Below, one piece after another: positions 52,445 to 64,000 of a stretch of 64,000 nucleotides of DNA. Where the stretch lies: positions 992,001 to 1,056,000 of the forward strand of contig CM102290.1 of the NCBI GenBank assembly GCA_046563655.1. Direction: 5' to 3'. This DNA comes from Yuukianura sp. NJ FZ-2021 (taxonomy: Eukaryota). Both the position numbers and the translations under genes were made by a program. The notes beneath the pieces are model-generated. The model had not been told where the DNA came from and made no database searches. It saw nothing but the letters and a program-made list of their open reading frames with translations. The number at the start of each line of letters is the position of its first letter. Position 1 is the first letter of the stretch.

Positions 52445-53662
52445 ATCTTCCTGAAACTGAAAAACGTTGACGACATAAAGAAAATCCAGCTTGTATTGTT
52501 ATCGTTCAAGATCTTCGCTCTGGAAAGTCTTACCTCAATTTGTCGTCACTGTCAATTCCGCTTTTCACGAACTTTGCAAGAAAAAAACGTCAGTGTGGTT
52601 AGTCGATAACTCCGTAAATCCGACCCAGTATCTAAGGAAAGATCAAAAGGCAAAACTTAATTAACTGACACCAATATGAAATGAATTGTTGGTGTTAGCA
52701 TCTAGTAAATTAAAATTTCAGTTAACAGTTTAAAAAAGTAGTACCAAAAAGACGTTTTTAGAAAATCCGTAGTGGAAGCTGTGTGACTGGCGACGCTGCC
52801 TGTCTTAGCTTTTATTTATCGACAAATGTCAAGCCAAGTTAAATTAAATAACTCAATTAATTTAACGTAGTTACAGTACTAAATATGATTCTCTGCTGCC
52901 AGTGCCTGCTTTCCGGAGTTATTTATTATGACATGTGAGATCTTCCGTCTCACTTGCCGTTTCTTTTATTCGTGAGAATCGTGATAGAATAGAAATTCGC
53001 ACTTTTGTTTGAATTTGCTAAGGTGTTTGGCGGGAAGTCAATTTGAATTTTAAGTTAGAAATTTAGAAAATCTAAAATACACGCGGTTTGTTCCATCGCG
53101 TATTTATAACCAACACACGACAAATGAGAATGATTGTTCAAAAAAAATCGAAATGCAGAACTCTATTCCCATTCGGCGGAAAATCGTTTCAATAAACTAA
53201 AGTAATTGACAGATGAGTGCTTCCCTAGTGAACGTAGTAAAAAAAATTGTGCATGCATATAAAGAAAGCAATGTTGGAGCAAAAACCCCAATCCAATGGC
53301 ACTCTTTACGAAGTAAAGAATCAGGATAACCTTCCGAAGCAGGGTGCGTTTTAAAATCCCGCCTTCAATGATTCTGTTTCTTCTTGGCAGTCTTGAATTT
53401 TCGCTTTCCTGTGTCCTGTGTTGTTGGTTGACCCACTCAACTCATCATCAGTCCTCCCCTGTCCCCTGTTTAAAAGTCAACGACCTTCTAGAACTGTCTG
53501 CGCTTGATAATGTGTCGTTGACCTTTTACGTTTCCAATTCACTCAGTCTTCAATTAGCTTTCGAAGAGAACGGAAGTCTTGACTCTTGAGTATCACTTTT
53601 AGCTTATTGCTTCACTTTTCGCTACTGCAACACTTGGATTGGAAGTGCGATTCGAACACCAG

Positions 53663-55716
53663 ATGACCACTGGTTTTCCTCGAAGTTGTTCTAGTAGTTC
53701 GCGCAGATTCGAAACTGAAGAAGGAAACATGAGCTCTGGTTCTGACGAGGATACACCGCCGATGACCTGGAATAACATGCGCTACGGTGAAGGCGAAGGG
53801 AACCCGAACACATTTGGTTTGACTCGGCAAGACTCCGGGAGCGGAAGGTAATGACTTTAAAATTAAGGTGAAGCGTAGGATGGATGATAGACTTTTTTTA
53901 ATCTAGGTATTTACGGAACAAGATGAGGCAAGAAATGGCGGCTAAAATGACCGAGTCAATGAAATCGACGGAAGGTAATGGTGATGGAATGGAAGACATT
54001 GGCAGTACATTTTCAAACATGGGAGTTCGTGAAGAAAAGGTTGCTTCCAAACCTTCCAGTATACTAATGAAGCCTGGTCCGTCAAAGTCCGCATCACTTG
54101 GCCTGGGGGAAAACGGAATTGGGTCAAACGAGGACAATGGGAAGATAATGTACAGTGTGCTCAAGGTATTTCAATGATATGTTTCAATTATTTAAGTTTT
54201 AATGGATTAGTGAGTTTTTGTAGAAGTACATCTGATGCCAAAATTTTCTTTATTAGACACATCGCGACGGTTTTGACGTTTCCTTTGAAGAGAGAAGAGC
54301 CGAAGCTTTCAACAACCATAGAGCTAAAGCTCAGTTTGGGTATTTACAAGAGTACCTTGGATCTCATCCGGATCAGAACAAAAATGAAGATAGCACCGAC
54401 TCCCGTGGGGTATGGGTTGCATTGACTGATTTGGAAACGCTTGCGAATGAAATGCGTGGATACAAGGAGCTGCTTTCTCTAGAAAAAACAGCTGGTAACA
54501 ATACGTTAACTTCGAATTCAGCGGCTGCGGAGCTGGAAAGTCTTCGCAATGAACTCATTAGTCTGAAGGAACAAGTTTGCGCCAACGCCAGAGAGTACAA
54601 CGAGTCAGCAATTCAGGCTCTGGAGGTGAGTCAGCTAGCTGCTACGGTGCTAGAGAAAATGCGTACTGAGCTCACTGCTTACAAACAACAAATCAGCAAC
54701 GAAGTGGCTTCTTATTCTTCGCGTGTTGGGGAGTTACGCAACAGTCTCGAGGTATGCTGCACACAATGGGCCATAGCCATGCAAAAGGCCGGGAATTTAG
54801 AAGAGGAAGTCGAATCTCTAAAACGGAAGCTTGCTGAGGCAGAGAACGCAGAAAATCGAGGCATTGTGCAAACAACTGGATCTTCTACTGGGGATTATCG
54901 GCTTCTCCCATTAGGCCCACCACCGCCTCGTGCTCCTAGACGCACTTATGTCGTTTCTCGTGACGAGAGAGGAATTGATGACGAAAATTCTGGAATCGAT
55001 TTTATCCGTCGACAACAGCAACAGATCAACAACAGCTTCACTTTCAATACTTCTGTTCGACGGCCACTCACTACTCTCGCCGCTTCTGAAGACGTAGACG
55101 TAGTTGAGGATGAAGGCGATGATCAAGATGAGAACGGTGGTGACGGAACGGAATCGGATGGTGAAGAGGTAGATGTGGCGATTCCTCCTGGTGTTGAACC
55201 AACGGCAGCCGTTTTCGGAGGGAACCAGGACTTTAATGTCACTAATTTGACTGACGCTCTTCATTTCCAGCCAAAACCAATCCATTCCTCTTCACCTGAT
55301 AGACGAGGCAGAGACTCGGAGAATGATTCTGGAAGACGTGGCGAAGAAGAAAATTGCGTCGTATTGCCAATTGCTCAATTACACCAACGCTACATGTATC
55401 CTTACGTGAAGCGAAACACGTTCAATCAAACTATGGAGCAGTAAGTCTGTTTCTATATCCTAACACTTTATAACTCTAACAGTAATTTTTTTTTTAATTC
55501 GATACTGTTTTCTATAGAGTGGCCCATGATCTGAGTACAATTCAAGAGACTTCTAAGGAACGTTCATCTACTACCAGCAGCAGCTCTTCAAATATGACTG
55601 CTTTCGGGTCATCGCGAGGTACTTCCGTTCTTCAAATCCGTTCCGCCTCTAAGCCCGGTGCAACCACTTCTAGTACTTCACTTGGCCAAGGCCAATTCGG
55701 CCAGAATAATCAGTAA
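53663..55716 (+). CDS. Uncharacterised coiled-coil protein with acidic/low-complexity tail; about 4 exons
   Basis: Consecutive ORFs bounded by GT-AG sites. Heptad-rich segment LETLANEMRGYKELL...LEEEVESLKRKLAEAE. Start codon uncertain. Confidence 0.6.
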
Positions 55717-56209
55717 GCGCAGTTTCTACTTTCTTACACTACAACTACTAATGATCATCAACCGTAAGTCACTTCGTCTGGCTCAGTTTGTTCAAATGAA
55801 TTATCGATAGTATCCTAGAAAAATCACTGCCAGCGGCAACCATGTCTCAAATATTTTGTCGTACTAATCGTAAGGAAGATAACTTATCCACTTATCCATT
55901 TGAAAAGTAAATGTTGTTCTGTGTAAGATCAAAACTACTAAAAGAACGCGTAGGGATTTATTGCAGTCCGAGTTTATGATTTATGAATTAATTGAGTTTA
56001 AAGAAGGTTATTAGCGTTACAGAGGTAGATAGTGATTGTGTTATTTCTGGTTGGATTCGTACGCTCATGAATTTAGATATATTGAAGTCCCTTCTTTTTT
56101 TAAACAGATAGAAAAATATCACAAGAGGACAGTGTTTAAGTGTTAATTTAGTGTTTGGTTTGTAGTTACTTTTACTTTGTTTGTTTCTTTTGGAAGACTG
56201 CATCCATTT

Positions 56210-59200
56210 TCAGTCCGATTCAGTTGCCTTTTCCGGCGGGTATGGTGGCTTAGGCACCATGGATTTGTTGAGCTTCCGAATCTTTGCAGCAGCAAAGTTT
56301 CTAGCAGATCGATTAATACTTGCTGGTGAAATTGAGGAACGAGGTGATGGTGGTGGTGACGTTGATGTTGGTGGTGGTGACGTTGATGTTGCTGGTGGTG
56401 GTGACGTTGATGATGGTGGTGGTGACGTTGATGTTGCTGGTGGTGGTGACGTTGATGTTGGTGGTGGTGACTTCGGTGGTGGTGGTGACATTGATGGTGG
56501 CGGTGACGTTGCTCGTGGTGGTGACGTTGCTGGTGATGGTGACCTTGCTCGTGATGGTGACGTTGCTGGTGATGGTGACGTTGCTGGCGATGGTGACTTC
56601 GGTGGCGGTGGTGACATTGATGGGTACGACAGTCGTCGCTGGCCCTATAAAATATTAATCTCAGTATTAACCATGCCCTTTTTTTTGGAAAACATTTGCT
56701 ACCGATAACGTAAACCTTATCGTGCGTCTGTTTACCCGAGGACTCTCTACGAGATGCATGTGAGCATACAGGGTCACTCCAATGTCCTTGTGGTTGGCCT
56801 CCATGGCCACGTTTAATGCAGTACTTCCATCCTGCAATAGGTGAACAATCGCTTAAAGTAATTGGCTTCATACGAACGAAAATAATTCAGTTTGACCTAC
56901 GTTGTCTTTAACATGAAGATCGCATTCGGAAAGTGTCACAAAGTAGTTGACGATGTCTACATGACCATGCTCAGCAGCACACACTGTTTCAACATAAAAC
57001 GTTTAGTTTGTTACGATATTCAAGCAATGTAAGTTGAATCTTACTCAAAGCAGTGCTTCCATCGTCATCCCGAATGTTGATGTCAGCGCCTGCGTCGAGC
57101 AGGATTTTGCAAGTTTCCAACCTTCCATGGGAAGCTGCCAGCACTGCAACGGAAACAAAAATTTACAACTTTACTAAGAGTTTTAGTTAATTTTTATAAA
57201 AGACGGACAGGAAAAATGTACTTACTCAAGGCTGTCTGACCGTGCTATGAGAATATCATTCAATTTATGTTAGTCTTTTTGAATACATGTATTGAAAATG
57301 TAAGTTAGCCGTTTAGTTTACCTGTGTGGCTTTGATATTTACATCTCCGAGGCTACAGAGTCGACAGACGACATGACGATCAGCTTCGTAGGAAAGTTTA
57401 GCCAAGGCAAGAAGCATGATACAAGTGTATCCAGCCTTGTTGGCACGATTGATATCACAGCAGTTTGAATCCAGAAGAATAGAGACTACGTCAAAGTTAC
57501 CATGGGACACGGCGTAGTGGGTTGCCGTATTTCCCTGTAACAAACATTCCGTTAATCGATTAACACTAACTTAATAATTTCTTTTAGCAACTGTACATTT
57601 CCGTCCGGCATGTTGACGATGTACTTGAGAAGCTCTGGAGAGAAACCCTCAAACAAGTCCAAGTAGTCTTCCACGTCCAGGGCATTTGCACTTTTACTTC
57701 CAGAAATCTATCCAAATTATTGTTAATTTTCAGTTTTTAGTTCAACTCAATTAACTTTTAGTTAGTTTTTCACCCACTCGAAACCATTCGTGTAGAATAA
57801 TTCCAATGGCACTTGTGACATGCTCCGTAGTCTTTCCACGAAGTAGAGCATCGTTCAGCACTTTCAAAGCACCTTGCATTTCCTTGGAAGGTCTCACTCT
57901 GAAATTCAAAACCTTGTTTTAAAACCTTAAGAAATCTTAAACTCTGGTAACTTACGCTTCCCGTCGTTCAGGAATAGTTGGAATAGACAAGTCATATGAT
58001 CCCGGGCAGTATCTAAGTTCATTAGAACCAGAGGCCGCTAGTTCCAACATCTCTTCAGAAGAATGTTCTCCTGGTGAGAACTCCTCATCCAATGGAATCT
58101 CCTTCACGTACGTATCTGATCGCATTAGGACCGGCTTTGATCTGATTGGTGCACAGCGAGGGGAATCTGTCTCGGACGTTGGAAAGACAATGTTGTGAGC
58201 GATCAAAGTAGAACGATATGTTGATGGAATGCGGTTGTACGACTCCAAACTCCGGGAAACTCTAGGTCCTTTCTCGGCAACGGCGGTGAGTGAAGCAGAA
58301 GCAGTTAGATTTGTAGAACTGATTTGAAGTCCAACTTCATGTTGCTCGGGAGTTTCTGTTTGAACAGAGTTGGATTTGTGGGTGAACAGCGTCTAAAATT
58401 ATTGAAACCACGGTTAAAATTGAAATTCTGGAGAATTGAAATGTTTTTTTTTGAAGGATTCATCCGAATTTTTGGCTTACAGAAGTGCTTGATGCGACGG
58501 TAGCAAATTGTGGCCCGGAAGTATTTACGCCAGTACTTTTCAACACAATGTTTTCATTCGACGGGCTCATGTCTCCAGATTCTTTTTGGAAAAGTACAGG
58601 GATTGTCGTGCCAATACATTTGTTTCGTGTGTCCGTCGGGATTGTGTTGGTCATTCCATCCCGAGTAGTAGGCTAGAAATTCGGTAATCGTTTCATAAAA
58701 ATTTTACAAGTTGATTTCATCGTTTTCTTTAATTGTGATTTAGTAGTAACTACCTTGAAGTAAACTCCACATTCGCTGGTGGTTGGCTTAACATTGATTC
58801 CAATGTTCTTCATTATCGGTTTGGAAATTTTGGAAACTTGTAGTGACGGATCAAATCCAAATTTTGATGTCAGAATTTCACCCAAGTCAGCCTGAGCACC
58901 AACATCACATTTTTCGATAATCGTAAGGACAGGCGTAGATTCCTTGGAGACCAGTTCAGATTCATTGACTTGCAGCCCAACTTCAAAAGTTCTGCCACGA
59001 CGACGACCATTTACACTTCCAGTGGGAGAAGCCGAGTCTCTTTCCAAACTGCCCGTATCAATCCTTCCGCCTACACCGATTGATCTATGTACAAAAACAT
59101 CCACAAATCAAGTTCATCTTTGTGATTTCATTCTTTCATCTGTGTACCAAACTACATAAAACTTAACACAACAACATACCGCATCGGGACTTGAGCATGG

Positions 59201-60679
59201 GAAACGCCAACTTCTCGAGTAGTTACTCCTACGCTAACTGAAACATCACGCGTGCGCTTTCGACTGGCTGAAGACGACTTCTTCTCTTCTCCCAATTTTG
59301 AATCCACAGATTGTGGTCGACGACGACCTCTCAAAATTGAGTTCATTTCTTCTTCTGCTTCAACTCGACGCTTTTTTTCAATTTCCAGGAGTTCAACGTA
59401 CTCTTTGTTTTGCTCTCGCAGAGCAACCAGTGAAGCCTAGAATTGATTCAATTTTTAATTAAACTCAATTTGACACTTTGGACTAAAACAGGTAATTACT
59501 TGAAGTAGCGGAATCAATTGGAGTTGTCGTTCCACCGCTTGTTCGTTCTCTTCCGTGTTGTCAGGATTCAATTTCGTCAACAATTTGTCATTGCCTGTTG
59601 CATTGTCGCCCAATAGGCTGGGCGCGGTGCTTCGACGCTGCTCTTCTCTATCCAACTGTTACAGAATTGTTTACAAAATAGTGATTCATAAACGGAATTT
59701 AATTACTTTCCATTGTTATAACAACCGAAGAACAAAAAACTTTTGGAATTTTTACCTTATGACGAAATGTCACTCCCGCGGTAGTTGGAAGCAGCGCAAT
59801 ACGAGATTTGATCAATTCACCAGTCTCTGTCCGTCCATTTGTAGGCTTCTGTCTCGGAAATGTATGAAACTTCTGATCGTCCGGAAATTGAAAGTAAGTT
59901 GTATTGTATTGAGGTTTGGCTCGTGACAAAACTTCTTCAAATTCTTCCACCGCTTGATCCAGTTCAGCTCCAAACGTAAAGTCATGACTGTCATTGAAGT
60001 CATTGAGCTCAAGTGGCGGAACAGAAGTGGCAAGGCTCTCATGCAAACAACGAATTTTTGAATCAACCTCCCAAATGTCACGGTTTGGTCGTGAAAGCGT
60101 TTTAATTTCCCACTAGAAATCAATACAAAATGACATTTGAAATGGTTCTACAATTCCAATGCACCTCTGCATTTAGGCTAAAAATCAAAAACGTCTGATG
60201 CCTAAATGTTGCTAGTATTGGAAAATGGAAGGTTTCAGGGGATAGTCATTTGCAAACGAAATAATTTCAAACATGTTTCATTAATTATTCACTTGGTGTC
60301 AAAATGGATCGAACTCTGTTTCTGTCCGTTATGACTCGAACGCCATGGCCACATAGCCATGAACTAAAAGTGGCATTTTCTAATAACTTAATTGCTATCC
60401 AATACCAAAACGAACAAGAAATGACCGAATTCATACCGACTCTGTTTCAATTCCAAGAAGTTTGTCCATCGACTGTCGCTTGGAGCGCCATTTGTCTTTG
60501 AGTGCCTGTACTTTCTCCACATCTCCTTCCCGTGACAACATTTTGGCGGAGAATGGAACAAAGTCACGGTCGATATGGTAACCAAATGGACAGCATTCGC
60601 AGCGTTTGTACCCCAGCATCATCTCCTCTTCTTCATGTCCATTGACTGTCGTGTTTGAATTTTCGTCCACGCTTGGCAT
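56210..60679 (-). CDS. Kank: KANK (KN motif and ankyrin repeat protein); multi-exon span
   Basis: KN motif [11 protein letters not shown], coiled-coil ([12 protein letters not shown]), ankyrin repeats ([39 protein letters not shown]) and a terminal Ser/Thr/Pro repeat exon. Confidence 0.88.
56340..56620. repeat. Coding minisatellite (GGTGACGTTG(A/C)TGGT variants) in the last Kank exon
   Basis: About 14 units of 18-24 bp encoding (A/T)TSPPP / ATSPSP on the minus strand. Confidence 0.85.
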
Positions 60680-63600
60680 TTTATATGGTCCCGGTATTAC
60701 GCAACAGATGAGCGTCTTTCAGCTATGAGCTTCGTGAATGCAGATCAGGCAAACGTCCTGCCTGGAAATCAACAAACACAAATCAATCAAACTTGTTGAG
60801 TTTTTATCTAAATTGCATCAAAAAATCGTTCGGATCAATATGAAAGTGTATAAATATTGAAGCAGCCCATTTTTTAAACATGTCAAAGTGAAAAACGATG
60901 TCAATACCTTTTGATCCAAGTTTATGCGAAAAAAGTCACTTCAAATCGGAAACAGCGCCCAATTAATTACAAAATAACGTGACAAGTTCTGGACGTGCTA
61001 ACCGCTAAGCTACAAAAACAAAAGTGACTCACACACTAAGCCAAAAAAAGCTACTGATACCAAGGCGCCCAAAATTTTTGACGTAAACAATATGCTGCAA
61101 ACAGTTGCAGATTCCGTTGCCATGAAACTTGGAAAAAGGAAAAACCGTGATTTTTTTCCCGACATGCCCTATGTATATTTGAACTTATATTTGTGTGAAT
61201 GGAGGTGAATGACCTGTACATTTCTCATCAACTTTATTGAAGTAATGGAAACCATAAAAAATATTGGATTTCATCGTTGCCACTTAAGTGCTACGTGTGT
61301 GTAAGATGGTTTCTGGGATCTGTGTAGACTAAAGTGCGAACCAGCAAATGATTGTTACAATCATAAACAATAAATTTCTAACAATCACACTTTATCCGTT
61401 TTCTTGTTTTCTCCGCAGAGTGAAACGATGAACGATGAAGAATGAAAATAACATAGTACAAAGTATTGAAAAAATTAATGTTGTGTTAGTGTTGACGGCA
61501 AAGTACTTTGTATAGAGAGCTGTAATCAGTGCCAAAATAAATATTAAAAGAGATAGGGATGAATTGAAGATGTGTAATCTAAGCGAAGCGGTGAGCTTAA
61601 ACGTAGTATTTATCCGAGTGTCAAACTGCTAAATATCATACGGGCTTTAGGGAGAAAATGATTTATTAGTACCGTAGTTTTTCAAGACGAAAGCAACGCT
61701 ATTGGTGCTAGCGGGAATTTTTTTAAAAAGATTTTCTTTTTTAACATTCTTTATATTGCCGTATTAGAAACAGCTTGCGACTTTCGAGTTCTGCGGCTGA
61801 AGATTTTCTTCTTTGCCTTTGTTGAGAAAAAGTTTAATAGCACGATATCGAAAAAAAGTAAAAGAACAAAAATGTTTTATGGAGAAAAAATTTGCATTTA
61901 TGCGAAAGTGCATAAATGGCTGAAGAATCTTATTTTTCTTTAATAAAAAAAAGTCCGAAAACAGCAACTGTTTTAGCCCGGAAATTTTCAAGTGTAATTT
62001 GACGTTTTCAAAAAAATCACGTACGTTTAATGGTGTGAAAATAAGGAAAATTTTGTTAGATGATGTGAATCATATCATATCTGAGAAGATTTTGGTTATA
62101 TGATCATATCGTATCAGTTCAAATTTTAGCGGAAAAAGTTTCAAAACATTTGCAACATCATAAAAAGTGAAAAGAAAAATATAAAGAATTTTTTTAACAT
62201 AACTTAAGCGAACACGAACGGCATTATAACTTCAGGCTTGAAGTTGTGTTTGAGAACTTAACATCGCACGTTTGTTTATATTTATGACAGATATTCAGTT
62301 ATGAGTTGAACAGGTTCCGTTGTTGATAGTACAAATCCCGAGGATTTTAATTGCAAATCCTAAACCTCAATTTATCATGGCCACGACACGAAATTTAGCA
62401 AAGGGAGAGGAGAAAGCATTACCTTGCGAAACTAATGGTGTGAACTAAAGTTAATCAGAGGAGCCGTCGTGCAAACGGTTAAAAACTTTTTAAATTAAAA
62501 AGCTTTCAAATAAATAACTTTTGCATAGTTCAGAGAGGTTCTAAATTGAGTTGCATTTAAACGAAGTCTACTTTCAGCACCCGTGTGTTTGGTTAATTTA
62601 AAACTTTTTTGAAACGTACAATTTTGAAACCTCTTTCGCTTTACAAACCTTTGGCTCCTCGATAAACGGCGATCCGGTAAAAAACTCAATTTTTTTGTTT
62701 GGTGTGTTAACTTTCACACTGCCGTTAGAATCCTAGTCGTTCCCAACTGACATGATTGTGAAAACTTCAGTTGAAAATTAAGTTTCACTGGTTCTGACTA
62801 CTTGTTGTGAAATGGTTTTGCATAGGCACGAATAGGCGGCACTTAACTCAATGACCGACAAAAATGGATCGCGAACTGGATGAATTGCAACAACCAAAAA
62901 GAAAAGCTTTTGTTGTGAAAATTGAATCCACTTTAATTGAAAGCCTTTCTACACGCGACTGTTAGTGGAAGTGTTACTTGAAAGAGGCAATTCCCAACTT
63001 TGGAACTATTGCTGAATGGATGTGTGAAAAATGACTTGACCTCTCTCTTCTGGCACCAGCAGTCCATTTTAAAAGCAACGTTCATCCCCTAACGCTGAAC
63101 AGATCCTACGATGACTTGTACCTGGTGGGAATGTTTCCTTATATTTTCCAAGATGGAAACCGTGATAGTCACTGAGGCATGGCCATGGCACTGCATGTCA
63201 AATCCATCTCTAGCAGATGAATCATACACGGTCCTCACAAATTTACAACTTTACATTAATTAGCTAAACATTATTACCCTGCACGATTTAGTGTAGAAGA
63301 AATTCTACCTCCGCTATAGAAGAAAACGAAAGATTGAGTGTTCATTTTTTAATGTTTAACCAATCATCTTCCTCGCTTACTTCCGATCAACCAACCTCGG
63401 AAACTACTTTTTTACAAAGCACAAATAAAGTAACAACAGTTGAAACTTCCAAGTTAAAAAAAATCTGAAACGTTACTGATGGGTTCCAACGACGACGTTG
63501 CAGCAGACTTAAGTTGGAATTACGACTTCCAGAAAAATACGAATCTTTAACTACAAAATAATAAATTAACTTACATTTTGTTAAATTAACATCAGCCAGT

Positions 63601-64000
63601 AGGTGAGATTCGAAGATCGGTAAACTTGTGATCTTCTTGGCCCCTACGTCTTATCCCAAATCCATTTGAACACAATTCACAATTTTTGTGGAAATGTAGA
63701 CCATGTTGAGCATTCACTCTCACTTTTGTGACTGAACTTAAAATTGCGGTTGTTTGGAGAGATGAAGTTGGTGATGGATGATCATATCCATTGGAGATCC
63801 ATGCTGCCTAAAACACCACGCACACAGATGAACTTTCACAGATTTCCACCCCGCCCGTCTATTTCGACAAAGGTTGTTCTTCACTTAAGCACAACGCACC
63901 TAAATTCAATTGAATTTTACAAATCTGTGCGTATCTGTGAAGAAGATCATGTTGAGAAGCCACTTCCGTTTCCAGAAATAGACACAAAGTGACATAGGGT

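Noticed and set aside
56143..56871. His-rich 242-aa, Gly/Asp-rich 175-aa and Val-rich 112-aa ORFs
   Set aside because: These are alternative frames and strands of the Kank repeat exon. The splice phase supports the Ser/Pro frame.
60760..64000. Short ORFs upstream of Kank
   Set aside because: AT-rich, with no motif or convincing splice-linked frame. Most likely Kank 5' intron or intergenic DNA.

Overview
Gene-dense, AT-rich eukaryotic DNA with many short (about 55-80 bp) spliceosomal introns. It looks like a compact arthropod genome, possibly a springtail; that is an inference from gene style, not a lookup. Conserved genes: Kdm2 (-), Orai (+), a trehalase with a GPI-type tail (-), mRpS33 (-, missed by the ORF track, with a 3.2-kb GC-AG intron), an aldehyde-oxidase-type molybdo-flavoenzyme (+), Nit2 (+), AP-1 mu (-), SLC35B4 (-), a p24/TMED (-) and Kank (-). 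Also present are two orphan genes and a cluster of about 7 small signal-peptide/single-TM genes with a shared C-terminal helix (36.9-44.6 kb). Mobile DNA: a non-autonomous Transib-like element with a 5-bp TSD in an Orai intron, three copies of a CAAGG-ended MITE, a Helentron/DINE-1-like element with central tandem repeats, and a full-length DD41D (rosa-type) Tc1/mariner transposon. The standout observation is in that transposon: its intact transposase ORF is followed 23 nt after the stop by a canonical replication-dependent histone mRNA 3' stem-loop plus an AAAGAG downstream element, and an E2F-type site lies in its 5' end. This suggests a cut-and-paste transposon that uses the SLBP/U7 histone pathway to couple transposase expression to S phase.
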